A DNA stretch of 64,000 bases from Actinomycetota bacterium (GTDB taxonomy: Bacteria > Actinomycetota > UBA4738 > HRBIN12). The notes beneath the pieces were generated by a model. That model was not told the DNA's origin and made no database searches. It saw only the letters and a program-made list of their open reading frames with translations. Positions 17,738 to 25,831 of the stretch are shown piece by piece (position 1 is the first letter of the stretch; each line of letters starts with the position of its first letter). The DNA is taken from contig DASUQI010000058.1 in NCBI GenBank assembly GCA_036280655.1, positions 2,258-66,257 on the forward strand. The letters run 5' to 3'. A program made the position numbers and the translations under genes.

Positions 17738-18293
17738 GGCCGAGACGCCCGACGACATCCTCCGCTCGCTCGCCGACCCCGAGCGCCTGGCGATCGCGGG
17801 CCGGCTCGCCCGCGGGGACGCGTCGGCGCGGGACCTGTCGGAGACGCTCGACCTCCCGATCGCGCGGGTCCGAAAGCACCTCAACCGGCTCGGGGCCGCC
17901 GGCGTCGTCCGGCTCGGCGACGACCGCCGCACGTACCGGCTGGATCCCGGGACCCTCCGGTGGGCGGCCGAGCAGGTGGGACCGCCCCGGGGAGCCGGCA
18001 TGGCGCTCGGCGCGGCCGACGAGGACGAGGAGGCGGTGCTCCGCGCCTTCTTCCGCAACGGCCGGCTCACCGAGATCCCGGCGAAGGAGTCGAAGCGGCG
18101 CATCGTGCTCGAGCGGATCGCGGTGGAGTTCGAGCCGGGGGTCCACTACGACGAGCAGACGGTGAACGCGATCGTGGGGAGGTTCCACACGGACCACGCC
18201 GCGATCCGCCGGTACCTGGTCGACGAGGGCTTCCTCGACCGGGTCAAGAGCGAGTACTGGCGCAGCGGCGGCCGCGTGACGACCGATCCCTGA
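17736..18293 (+). CDS. ArsR-type winged-helix regulator fused to a DUF2087-like domain
   Basis: From ATG 17736 (MAETPDDILRSLADPERLAIAGRLARGDASARDLSETLDLPIARVRKHLNRLGAAGVV). C-terminal part: FFRNGRLTEIPAKESKRRIVLERIA...VNAIVGRFHTDHAAIRRYLVDEGFL. Confidence 0.7.
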   Translation: MAETPDDILRSLADPERLAIAGRLARGDASARDLSETLDLPIARVRKHLNRLGAAGVVRLGDDRRTYRLDPGTLRWAAEQVGPPRGAGMALGAADEDEEAVLRAFFRNGRLTEIPAKESKRRIVLERIAVEFEPGVHYDEQTVNAIVGRFHTDHAAIRRYLVDEGFLDRVKSEYWRSGGRVTTDP

Positions 18294-18338
18294 GCGATCC
18301 GACGGACCCAAGGACGACGAGCGGGCCGTCGAGCGACG

Positions 18339-18818
18339 ATGCTAGGGTCGAACGAAGTGCGTCGCGTCGCCTCGATCCTGCTCGTCGCGCTGGCGCTTCC
18401 CCTCCTCGCCCCCGCGTCGGCCCGTGCCGACCACCTGCCCGGTCCCTGCGACCGGCATCGAGAGGAGGGCGAGACCGTGCGATCCCAGATGAAGCGGATC
18501 ATCCGCTGCGCCGTCGAGCGATGGGAGGTCCCCGACGGCGCGCGGCGAGCGATCTGCATCGCCGATCGCGAGAGCAACCTCGACCCGAAGGCCGAGTCGG
18601 CGCACGGCAAGTACCTGGGCCTGTACCAGCACAGCGCGGAGGCGTGGCCCGACCGCTACGCGGAGTGGTCCCATCCCTCCTGGCAGCTCCCCGACAACGC
18701 GCTGCACGGTCGCTCGAACGCCGTCGTCACGGTCCGTATGGTGAACGCGAACGGCTGGGGCCCGTGGGAGAGCCTCGGCTGCGACGGCGGGGATCGCCGG
18801 GCGCAGGCGCTCCGCTAG
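18339..18818 (+). CDS. Secreted lytic transglycosylase (SLT-domain-like) protein
   Basis: Signal peptide VASILLVALALPLLAPASARA. SLT-like catalytic segment CIADRESNLDPKAESAHGKYLGLYQHSAEAW (ES..P.A.S..G..GL.Q pattern). Confidence 0.7.
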   Translation: MLGSNEVRRVASILLVALALPLLAPASARADHLPGPCDRHREEGETVRSQMKRIIRCAVERWEVPDGARRAICIADRESNLDPKAESAHGKYLGLYQHSAEAWPDRYAEWSHPSWQLPDNALHGRSNAVVTVRMVNANGWGPWESLGCDGGDRRAQALR

Positions 18819-18829
18819 ACTCCAGGCAC

Positions 18830-20416
18830 ATGGCGACGACCGAGGATCGCCCCCAGCCCGCGGTCCGCACGGTCGAGGACCGCATCGAGGAGCTGCGCAA
18901 GCGCCGGACCTCCCTGCAGGATGGGACGCGGAGGGAGGCCGTCCGCAAGCAGCACGAGAAGGGCAAGCTCACGGCGCGCGAGCGCGTCGAGCTGCTCGTG
19001 GACCGTTCGTCCTTCCAGGAGACCGACCCGTTCGCGGCCCACCGCTCCCACGACTTCGGGATCGAACGCAACCGGCCGGCGGGCGACGGCGTCGTCACCG
19101 GTTACGGGACGGTCGACGGACGCCGCGTGTTCGTGGCGTCGCAGGACTTCACGGTGTTCGGCGGATCGCTCGGCGAGGTGCACGCGCAGAAGATCTGCAA
19201 GGTCCAGGACCTCGCGATGTCGACCGGCGCGCCGTTCATCCAGATCAACGACTCGGGCGGCGCGCGGATCCAGGAGGGCGCCGCGAGCCTCGCCGGCTAC
19301 GGCTACGTGTTCGAACGCAACGTGCGCGCCTCGGGGGTGATCCCGCAGATCAGCGTGATCATGGGGCCGTGCGCCGGCGGCGCCGTCTACTCCCCCGCGA
19401 TCACCGACTTCACCTTCATGGTGCGCGAGACTTCCCACATGTTCATCACCGGCCCCGACGTGATCAAGGCGGTCACGGGCGAGGAGGTCACGTTCGAGGA
19501 GCTCGGCGGCGCGATGACCCACGCGAGCAAGTCGGGCGTCGCGTCGTTCGTGAGTCAAGACGAGGAGGAGTGTCTCGCGATGGTCCGGCACCTCCTCTCG
19601 TACCTCCCGTCGAACAACCTCGAGGACCCGCCGTCCTACGCGGCCGTCGACGATCCCGAACGCCGCGACGACGGCCTCACGCACCTCATCCCCGACTCGG
19701 CGAAGGAGCCGTACGACATGCACGAGGTGATCCGCCGGGTCGTCGACGACGGGGAGTTCTTCGAGGTGTTCCCGTTCTGGGCGATGAACGTCGTGATCGG
19801 ATTCGCGCGGCTCGACGGGAGGACGGTCGGGGTCGTCGCGAACCAGCCGAAGGTCCTCGCCGGCACGCTCGACATCGAGTCCGCGGAGAAGGCCTCGAGG
19901 TTCGTCAGGACGTGCGACGCGTTCAACGTCCCGCTCGTCACGTTCGTGGACGTCCCCGGGTTCCTGCCTGGGACCGACCAGGAGTACCACGGGATCATCC
20001 GACACGGCGCGAAGCTCCTGTACGCGTTCACCGAGGCGACGGTCCCGCGGCTGACGGTCATCACGCGCAAGGCCTACGGCGGCGCGTACCTGGTGATGAA
20101 CTCGAAGCACCTGCGCGCCGACGTGTCGTTCGCCTGGCCGACGGCGGAGATCGCCGTGATGGGTCCTGAGGGCGCGGTGAACGTCGTGTTCCGCAAGCAG
20201 ATCGAGAAGGCGGAGGACCCGGCCGTCGCGCGCGCCGAGCTGATCGAACAGTACCAGCAGAAGTTCGCCACGCCGTACATCGCGGCCGAACGCGGGTTCA
20301 TCGACGACGTGATCGAGCCCGCCGAGACGCGACCCCGCCTGATCGGGGCGCTGCGGATGCTCTCGACCAAGCGCGAGACCGTGCCGGCGCGCAAGCACGG
20401 GAACATCCCGCTGTGA
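18830..20416 (+). CDS. pccB: Propionyl-/acyl-CoA carboxylase beta subunit (carboxyltransferase)
   Basis: 528 aa from ATG 18830. Similarity to carboxyltransferases over the full length: ...GKLTARERVELLVD..., INDSGGARIQEG, MGPCAGGAVYSPA, VANQPKVLAGTLDIESAEKASRFVRTCDAFNVPLVTFVDVPGFLPG. It forms the last third of a 1622-aa shadow-extended track ORF. Confidence 0.92.
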   Translation: MATTEDRPQPAVRTVEDRIEELRKRRTSLQDGTRREAVRKQHEKGKLTARERVELLVDRSSFQETDPFAAHRSHDFGIERNRPAGDGVVTGYGTVDGRRVFVASQDFTVFGGSLGEVHAQKICKVQDLAMSTGAPFIQINDSGGARIQEGAASLAGYGYVFERNVRASGVIPQISVIMGPCAGGAVYSPAITDFTFMVRETSHMFITGPDVIKAVTGEEVTFEELGGAMTHASKSGVASFVSQDEEECLAMVRHLLSYLPSNNLEDPPSYAAVDDPERRDDGLTHLIPDSAKEPYDMHEVIRRVVDDGEFFEVFPFWAMNVVIGFARLDGRTVGVVANQPKVLAGTLDIESAEKASRFVRTCDAFNVPLVTFVDVPGFLPGTDQEYHGIIRHGAKLLYAFTEATVPRLTVITRKAYGGAYLVMNSKHLRADVSFAWPTAEIAVMGPEGAVNVVFRKQIEKAEDPAVARAELIEQYQQKFATPYIAAERGFIDDVIEPAETRPRLIGALRMLSTKRETVPARKHGNIPL

Positions 20417-20673
20417 GCGACGACCGGCGGTTCGAGCTGCCCGACGACCTCGGCCCCGAACAGGAGCGGGCGATCATCCTCGCGCTCGAGCGGTACTTCG
20501 CGAAGGAGAGCCCGCACCCCGATCCATGGGTGCTCGCGTGGCGGGTCGACGCCACCGGCCTCGGCGCCCTGCAGGCCCGACACCTCACCGACGCTCCCTG
20601 GAAAGTCGGCGGTCAGGGGCGGTTCTTGCGACGCGGCGTCCCCCCCTCGGCGGGCCGAGGCGACACCGGCTAG
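20413..20673 (+). CDS. Probable acyl-CoA carboxylase epsilon subunit
   Basis: 86-aa ORF with a GTG start overlapping the pccB stop (GTGA). Its position directly after pccB and the LGPEQERAIILALERYF / PW..W pattern resemble actinobacterial AccE/PccE peptides. The family call is tentative. Confidence 0.4.
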   Translation: MSDDRRFELPDDLGPEQERAIILALERYFAKESPHPDPWVLAWRVDATGLGALQARHLTDAPWKVGGQGRFLRRGVPPSAGRGDTG

Positions 20674-20970
20674 ATGGCCGCCACGTGGACGGCGGCCTCC
20701 GTGACGGGTCGGGACGACGCCGCCCGCGCGTTCGCCGCCGAGGGCTGCTCGGCACCTCGGGCCTGGGGCAACGGGCCTGGCGACACGTACGGCCGGCACG
20801 CGCACGAGTACCACAAGGTGTTGTTCTGCCTCGAGGGCTCGATCACGTTCCACCTGACCGACGGCGACGTCGACCTCCGCCTCGGCGACCGGCTGGACCT
20901 CGAGCCGGGGACCGAGCACGCGGCCACGGTCGGCCCCGACGGCTGTTCGTGCATCGAGGCCTCTCGATGA
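20674..20970 (+). CDS. Cupin-domain protein
   Basis: 98 aa: YGRHAHEYHKVLFCLEGSITFHL...GDRLDLEPGTEHAATVG (cupin two-motif pattern). Confidence 0.65.
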   Translation: MAATWTAASVTGRDDAARAFAAEGCSAPRAWGNGPGDTYGRHAHEYHKVLFCLEGSITFHLTDGDVDLRLGDRLDLEPGTEHAATVGPDGCSCIEASR

Positions 20971-21914
20971 CGAAGGTCTCCCTGATCACCACCGTGCTCG
21001 ACGCGTCCGACAGCGTGGGAGCCTTCCTCGAGTCGGTCTCCTGGCAGACGAGACCGCCCGACGAGGTCGTGGTCGTCGACGGCGGCTCGACGGACGAGAC
21101 GCTCGAGCAGATCCGGTCGGCCGATACCGTCACGCTGATCGAACAGCGCGGCGCCAACATCGCCCGGGGGCGCAACGTCGCGATCTCGGCGGCCACTCAC
21201 GACGTCATCGCGGTGACCGACGCGGACTGCGTCCTCGAACGGGATTGGCTCGAACGGCTGGTCGATCCGCTCGAGACCGGGGCCGACGTGGCGATGGGGT
21301 TCTACCGGCCGCTCGCCGACTCGTTCCTGCAGCAGGCGATCGCGTGCGTGAGCCTCCCCGAGCCCGAGGAGCTCGACGAGGCGACGTTCACGCCGAGCGG
21401 GCGCTCGGTGGCGTTCACGCGACGGGCGATCGACCGCGCCGGCGGCTACCCGGAATGGCTCGATTCGGGTGAGGACCTGTACGTGCACCATCGGTTCCGC
21501 GAGCTCGGCCTCGACATGCGGCTCGCGCGGGACGCGATCGTGAACTGGCCCATCCGCCGGACCCTCGCCGAGACCTGGCGGCAGTACTTCGGCTACGCGC
21601 GCGGCGACGCGATCGCCGGCATCGACCCGGAGCGCCACACCCTTCGCTTCGCCGCGTACTCGGCGGGGCTCTACGCGTGGTCGACGAAGGGCCGGGTGGG
21701 CAAGCTCGCGGCGCTCGCCGCCGCAGACGCGACCGCGGCAGCGCCGATCCGGCGGGCGCTGAACCGCTTCGAGGATCCCTCCGAACGCGCACGCGCGGTC
21801 GTCGCCGTCCCGGCCCTGATCGCGTTCATCGACGCGGCGAAGATCTCCGGGTACCTCGCCGGCGTGCGCCACCGGGCCGGCCCGCACGGCGCCTCGCGCG
21901 TCGAACCGGCCTAG
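20967..21914 (+). CDS. Family 2 glycosyltransferase
   Basis: 315 aa from ATG 20967 (ATGA overlap). SLITTVLDASDSVGAFLESVSWQTRPPDEVVVVDGGSTDET ... VTDADCVL ... GEDLY, typical of the GT2 (GT-A) fold. Confidence 0.8.
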   Translation: MTKVSLITTVLDASDSVGAFLESVSWQTRPPDEVVVVDGGSTDETLEQIRSADTVTLIEQRGANIARGRNVAISAATHDVIAVTDADCVLERDWLERLVDPLETGADVAMGFYRPLADSFLQQAIACVSLPEPEELDEATFTPSGRSVAFTRRAIDRAGGYPEWLDSGEDLYVHHRFRELGLDMRLARDAIVNWPIRRTLAETWRQYFGYARGDAIAGIDPERHTLRFAAYSAGLYAWSTKGRVGKLAALAAADATAAAPIRRALNRFEDPSERARAVVAVPALIAFIDAAKISGYLAGVRHRAGPHGASRVEPA

Positions 21915-22117
21915 GCGCGGACGCGGAACCCACACGTCGGGCACCGCTCGGCGCCGCGCTCGAGCCGGGCACCGCAGTAGGCGCACGTCGTCGGGACGGC
22001 GGGCTCCTCGTCGTCGGCCGGACGCCGCCGGAGCCGGTTGCGGATCGCGGGCACCGCGAGGACCAACGCCACGATCGCCGCGGGGATCAGCAGCTCCTCA
22101 CCCTGGTGCGCGAGCAT
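21911..22117 (-). CDS. Small protein with one TM helix and a C-terminal zinc ribbon
   Basis: 68 aa from ATG 22117: LLIPAAIVALVLAVPAI, then TCAYCGARLERGAERCPTCGF (CxxC-x9-CxxC). Good third-position G/C bias. Last gene of a four-gene string. Confidence 0.55.
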   Translation of the reverse strand: MLAHQGEELLIPAAIVALVLAVPAIRNRLRRRPADDEEPAVPTTCAYCGARLERGAERCPTCGFRVRA

Positions 22118-22122
22118 CCCCG

Positions 22123-23442
22123 TCACCCCGACAGGATCAGCAATCCGGACGCGGTGAAGACGACCATCACCGCGAGGAGCGCGTACTGCGTTCGGAGCGC
22201 GACCCCGGGCGCGTAGAGGGCGATGGCGCGGTCGTGGGCCAGGATCACCCCGCCGATGTGACCGGCGACGATCGCGAACACCTGCACGTACCAGATCGTG
22301 GTCGGCGACACCAGCGTGAGGTTCACGAGCCAGTCCCGCGTCCCGAACAGGTTCCAGTCCCGGCCGAACGGATCCGACAGGCGCGACAGGCCGATCTGCC
22401 CCTCGATCACCAGGAACGAGAAGTAGTGCGCCACGACGTACGCGAACGCGATCGGGACGAGCGAGTGCGCGAACCGGACGGCCATCACGTGCCACGGCTC
22501 GCCGGTCACCCGCCCCGCGGCCGCCATCGCGAGCGCGTAGAACCCGCCCACGGCGAGAATCGTCGCGACCAGGCCCGCCGTGCCGACCGCGATCTGCGCG
22601 AACCCCGTCGCCGAACCCGTCAGGTCCGTCCAGAAGGTCGTCCGGGACAGGCCGTCGAACGTCGTCGACCCGAGCGCGACGAGGATCAGGGCGAGGCGGC
22701 CCGGACGCGGCTCGAGCCCGGCGAGGCCCGCCAGCGGCTGGCGCCACACGACGCGGCCCTCGGGATCGCGGGTGAGCGGCGCCATCCGCGCGAACAGGCC
22801 GAGGTAGGCGGCGAACGCCTCGCCGTCGCGCCCCCACGTTCGGCGACCGTAGACCGCCATCCCGCCGAGCGCGACCGCCGAGTACCCGACGATCGCGAAG
22901 CCGAGCCATCCCTCGCGCGATCCGAACGGGTCGACGAGCTCGAGCCAGACGAACACGAACAGCAGGATCGCGGCCGGCCACACCCCCCACGCGTTCGGGT
23001 ACTCGCGCTGCGGCGGTCGCTCCTGCTCGTCGAACGCGAGGAGCCGGCCGAGCGTGTCCCAGGGCGAGAGCGTCGCCCACCAGTTCCCGAACAGCCCCTG
23101 CACGAACGCGAGCCCGACCCAGAACCAGATGAACACGACGACCGGCCCGATCGTCTCGGTGGTCCCGACGGGCAGGAACGCCGCGATCGTCACGACGACG
23201 GCGAACACGAGCGCCACGATCCGGATCGCCCACTCGAGCGTCGGGTTCGTGAGGATCGACTGCACCGCCCCCGGTTTCGCCCGTCGCTCGACTCGGTGCT
23301 CGAACCGCGGCTCCTTCCAAAGTCCGGCGAGCGCCACGAACGACAGCAGCAACGCCGCAGCGGCCCCGAACACGAACAGCCACCGCGGCACCGGCAGGTC
23401 GACGCGGCCGCCGAGGCCGTGGGCGAGGATCCCGAGGATCAT
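22123..23442 (-). CDS. Polytopic integral membrane protein (about 10-12 TM), family not recognised
   Basis: 439 aa. ATG 23442 is preceded by GGGGAGG. Hydrophobic throughout. Conserved-looking His/Trp patches: FIWFWVGLAFVQGLFGNWWATLSPWD, VVAHYFSFLVIEGQ, IVAGHIGGVILAHDRA. Confidence 0.7.
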   Translation of the reverse strand: MILGILAHGLGGRVDLPVPRWLFVFGAAAALLLSFVALAGLWKEPRFEHRVERRAKPGAVQSILTNPTLEWAIRIVALVFAVVVTIAAFLPVGTTETIGPVVVFIWFWVGLAFVQGLFGNWWATLSPWDTLGRLLAFDEQERPPQREYPNAWGVWPAAILLFVFVWLELVDPFGSREGWLGFAIVGYSAVALGGMAVYGRRTWGRDGEAFAAYLGLFARMAPLTRDPEGRVVWRQPLAGLAGLEPRPGRLALILVALGSTTFDGLSRTTFWTDLTGSATGFAQIAVGTAGLVATILAVGGFYALAMAAAGRVTGEPWHVMAVRFAHSLVPIAFAYVVAHYFSFLVIEGQIGLSRLSDPFGRDWNLFGTRDWLVNLTLVSPTTIWYVQVFAIVAGHIGGVILAHDRAIALYAPGVALRTQYALLAVMVVFTASGLLILSG

Positions 23443-23454
23443 CGAGCCTCCCCG

Positions 23455-23922
23455 CTACGGCGTCACGGTGAGTTCGAGGAGCAGGAGTCCCGCGCCCTCG
23501 AGCTCCACCTCGAACACGCCCGGCGCGTTCGCGCGGAACACGATGACGGCGGGCTCGGCCGGCGAGACCTCGGCCAGCAGGTCGTAGCCGTGCACGTGGA
23601 CCTCGTCCGAGACGTCGGCCTCTACGACCAGCCGGACGCGTTCGCCCTGCCGGACCTCGACGTCGCCCGGCCCCTCGACGTTGCCGTCCTCGACCTCGAC
23701 CTCGATCTCGACGACGTCGGGGGTCGGGCTCGCGCTCGTGGTCTCGGTGGGCGACTCCGTCTCGGTCGGCGACCCGGTCTCGGTCGCCGTCGGCGTCCCG
23801 GTGGCCGTCGCGGTCGGGCCCGTCGAAGCCTCCTCGTCCTCGCCCGGCCGGAGCACGACGAACAGGACGATCACCGCGGCGAGGCCCGCGGCGATCGCGA
23901 GCCAACGCACCCATGGCTTCAT
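23455..23922 (-). CDS. Membrane-anchored cupredoxin-like beta-sandwich protein
   Basis: 155 aa. ATG 23922 is preceded by GGAGGAGG. It has an N-terminal anchor WLAIAAGLAAVIVLFVVL, a Thr/Pro/Glu-rich linker, then VEIEVEVEDGNVEGPGDVEVRQGERVRLVVEADVSDEVHVHGYDL...APGVFEVELE. The fold call is tentative. Confidence 0.55.
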   Translation of the reverse strand: MKPWVRWLAIAAGLAAVIVLFVVLRPGEDEEASTGPTATATGTPTATETGSPTETESPTETTSASPTPDVVEIEVEVEDGNVEGPGDVEVRQGERVRLVVEADVSDEVHVHGYDLLAEVSPAEPAVIVFRANAPGVFEVELEGAGLLLLELTVTP

Positions 23923-23973
23923 GTGTTCCTCCTCCGTTCGTCTCCGGGCGCCTGCGGCGCCCGGGGTGTTCGA

Positions 23974-24525
23974 TCAGACGGACGAAGGAGCGGGCGGGGC
24001 TCGCCGGAGCCCGATCGCGATCGGGTCGGGCGTCTTCGGCTCGGCGAGGCGCGGGAGCATGATGGTCCGCCGCCCGCGAGCGGGTCGCGGCGGGGGCGTC
24101 GCGAAGAGCCGGCCGACCGCCACCGCCCCGCGGGCGAGCGCGGCGATGACGACCGCGAGCACCACCTGCAGGAGCAGGCCGAGGACCACGGCCGGGTCAC
24201 GCGCGAATGCCGACGCGTCGAACCCGCGCTCGGCGAGCTCGAGGAGCGCGAACGCGGGGACCTGATGGCACAGGAGCGCCCACGCGCCCGGCGACGCCGG
24301 CGCGCGGCGGATCGACCGGATGCCGAGCGACAGGATCGCGGCGCCCGAGGCGAGGAGCCCGGCGAGCAGCAGGACCGAGAAGCCGTCGTGGCCGGTCTGC
24401 TCGAGGTGCGCGTCGCGTACCACGCGGATCGGGTACGCGAGCGCGTAGGCGAGCGCGTGTCCCGCGACGATCCCGCCGAGCGCGAGCGGCAGGCTCGCGA
24501 GCGGTCGGCGGCCGTTCCCCTGCAT
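23974..24525 (-). CDS. Integral membrane protein (about 4 TM), unknown function
   Basis: 183-aa ORF with hydrophobic segments LPLALGGIVAGHALAYALAY, FSVLLLAGLLASGAAILSLGI, ALLCHQVPAFALLELA, VVLGLLLQVVLAVVIAAL. First gene of the string. Confidence 0.5.
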   Translation of the reverse strand: MQGNGRRPLASLPLALGGIVAGHALAYALAYPIRVVRDAHLEQTGHDGFSVLLLAGLLASGAAILSLGIRSIRRAPASPGAWALLCHQVPAFALLELAERGFDASAFARDPAVVLGLLLQVVLAVVIAALARGAVAVGRLFATPPPRPARGRRTIMLPRLAEPKTPDPIAIGLRRAPPAPSSV

Positions 24526-24552
24526 CGGGTCAGCCTATCGCGGGCGGCCGGA

Positions 24553-25713
24553 TCAGCAGACCTGCACGAGCAGCGGGAACGGGTTGATCGCCCCGCCGAT
24601 CACGGAGTAGCCGTACGGGCTCGGGGGCCAGTCGCTCGGGATCACGTTCGGGTGCCACTCGAAGTGCAGGTGCGGCGTCGCGGTGTCCCCGGTCTCGCCG
24701 GCGTAGCCGATGATCTGCCCAGCCACGACCGGCCCGCTGTAGCCGATCTGCATCAGGTGCGCGTTGTAGGTATACCCGAGGTCGCCGTACACGTTCACCG
24801 CGTACCCGCCGAGACCGTTGTAGCCGGCCTGCGCGTACCCGTCGAACGTCGCGCGGATCGGCGTCCCCTGCGGCGCGATGATGTCGTTGCCGGCATGCGG
24901 GTGGTACCCGCCGCCGTACCGAGGCGCGCCGAACCCGTCGTAGAGCGCCCGCGGCTCGTCGATCGGGCAGTACTTGAAGACCCCGTTGAACGCCTTGCCG
25001 ATGCCGAGCAGCGCCGCGAGCTCCCGCTTCAGCTTCTTGTCGAGCCGCTTCACGAGCTGCCGCGCCCGCTCCTTCGCCGCGTTCAGGTCCTCGAGGATCG
25101 CCTGCTGCTCGTCGAGCTTCCCGTCGAGCACGGCGAGCTGCGTCTCGACGTCCTCCAGCGCCCGCTCGCGCTTGGCCTGGAGCGCCTCCTGGTCGGCCTT
25201 CTCCGCGGCGAGCATGTTGCGCAGGTTCTGCACCTCGGTGGCGAGGTCCGCGTCCTCCTCGTTCAGCGCGTTCACGTACTCCATCCGCGCCGACAGGTCC
25301 GCGATCGTGCTCGCGCCCAGGAGGAACTCGAGCTCGCTGCCCGGCCCGACGATGTAGGCCTCGCGGGCGCGCTCCTCGAGGGTGCCCTGGAGCGCCTGGT
25401 ACTCCTCCTGCGCGTCCCTGAGCTGCCGACGTGTGTTCGCGAGCTCCTCGGTGATCTGTTCGTACCGGGCGTTCGCGACCTCCCAGCGCCCGTAGGCGAC
25501 GGCGATCTCCTCGGAGAGCCGGCCGAGGACGGCCTTCTGGTCGACGATCCGGTCCTCGAGCCGCTCGAGCTCGTGCTCGGCTGCCTCGAGCTTCTCCCGG
25601 GTGCCGGGCTCGGCCGAGGCCACCTGCCCCAACGCCGACACGAGCGCCAACGCGGCGAGCAGGGCGGGGGCGCGGCGAAGCACCGGGCGGGCGCTGCCGA
25701 GGCTATGGGCCAT
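24553..25713 (-). CDS. Secreted M23-family metallopeptidase with an N-terminal coiled coil
   Basis: Signal peptide LLAALALVSALGQVASA, about 200 aa of coiled coil, then M23 motifs HPHAGNDIIAPQGTPI and GETGDTATPHLHFEWH. Confidence 0.85.
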   Translation of the reverse strand: MAHSLGSARPVLRRAPALLAALALVSALGQVASAEPGTREKLEAAEHELERLEDRIVDQKAVLGRLSEEIAVAYGRWEVANARYEQITEELANTRRQLRDAQEEYQALQGTLEERAREAYIVGPGSELEFLLGASTIADLSARMEYVNALNEEDADLATEVQNLRNMLAAEKADQEALQAKRERALEDVETQLAVLDGKLDEQQAILEDLNAAKERARQLVKRLDKKLKRELAALLGIGKAFNGVFKYCPIDEPRALYDGFGAPRYGGGYHPHAGNDIIAPQGTPIRATFDGYAQAGYNGLGGYAVNVYGDLGYTYNAHLMQIGYSGPVVAGQIIGYAGETGDTATPHLHFEWHPNVIPSDWPPSPYGYSVIGGAINPFPLLVQVC

Positions 25714-25831
25714 GGGGAAGGGCCCTTCCTATCGGACGGCCGGACGCCGTGTCAACCGGCCGCACGAGGGTGCCCGCTCGCGCATCCCGTTGCAATCACC
25801 CTCGGCGGGCCGTGATGGGCCTTGAGCGTGC

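Noticed and set aside
15548-18829. First 1094 codons of the 1622-aa plus-strand ORF
   Set aside because: Only the last 528 codons (pccB, from ATG 18830) look like protein. The rest runs antisense to ccr and the nuclease and out of phase over the ArsR and SLT genes.
23690-23830. Quasi-repetitive DNA that could be mistaken for a repeat array
   Set aside because: It is in frame within the cupredoxin-like gene and encodes a Thr/Pro/Glu/Ser-rich linker (TATATGTPTATETGSPTETESPTETT). The repeats are imperfect, and there is no spacer/repeat structure.
22234-25815. 1193-aa plus-strand ORF
   Set aside because: It is antisense to five well-supported minus-strand genes. Its composition is dominated by Arg, Glu, Asp and Pro.
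25714-25831. Possible c-di-AMP (ydaO-type) riboswitch or TTGACA promoter upstream of the M23 peptidase gene
   Set aside because: Cell-wall hydrolase leaders often carry such a riboswitch, and a TTGACA lies at 25755-25750 on the minus strand. I could not find the conserved riboswitch core, the gap is short, and no TAnnnT -10 element lies at 16-18 nt. A covariance-model scan would settle the question.
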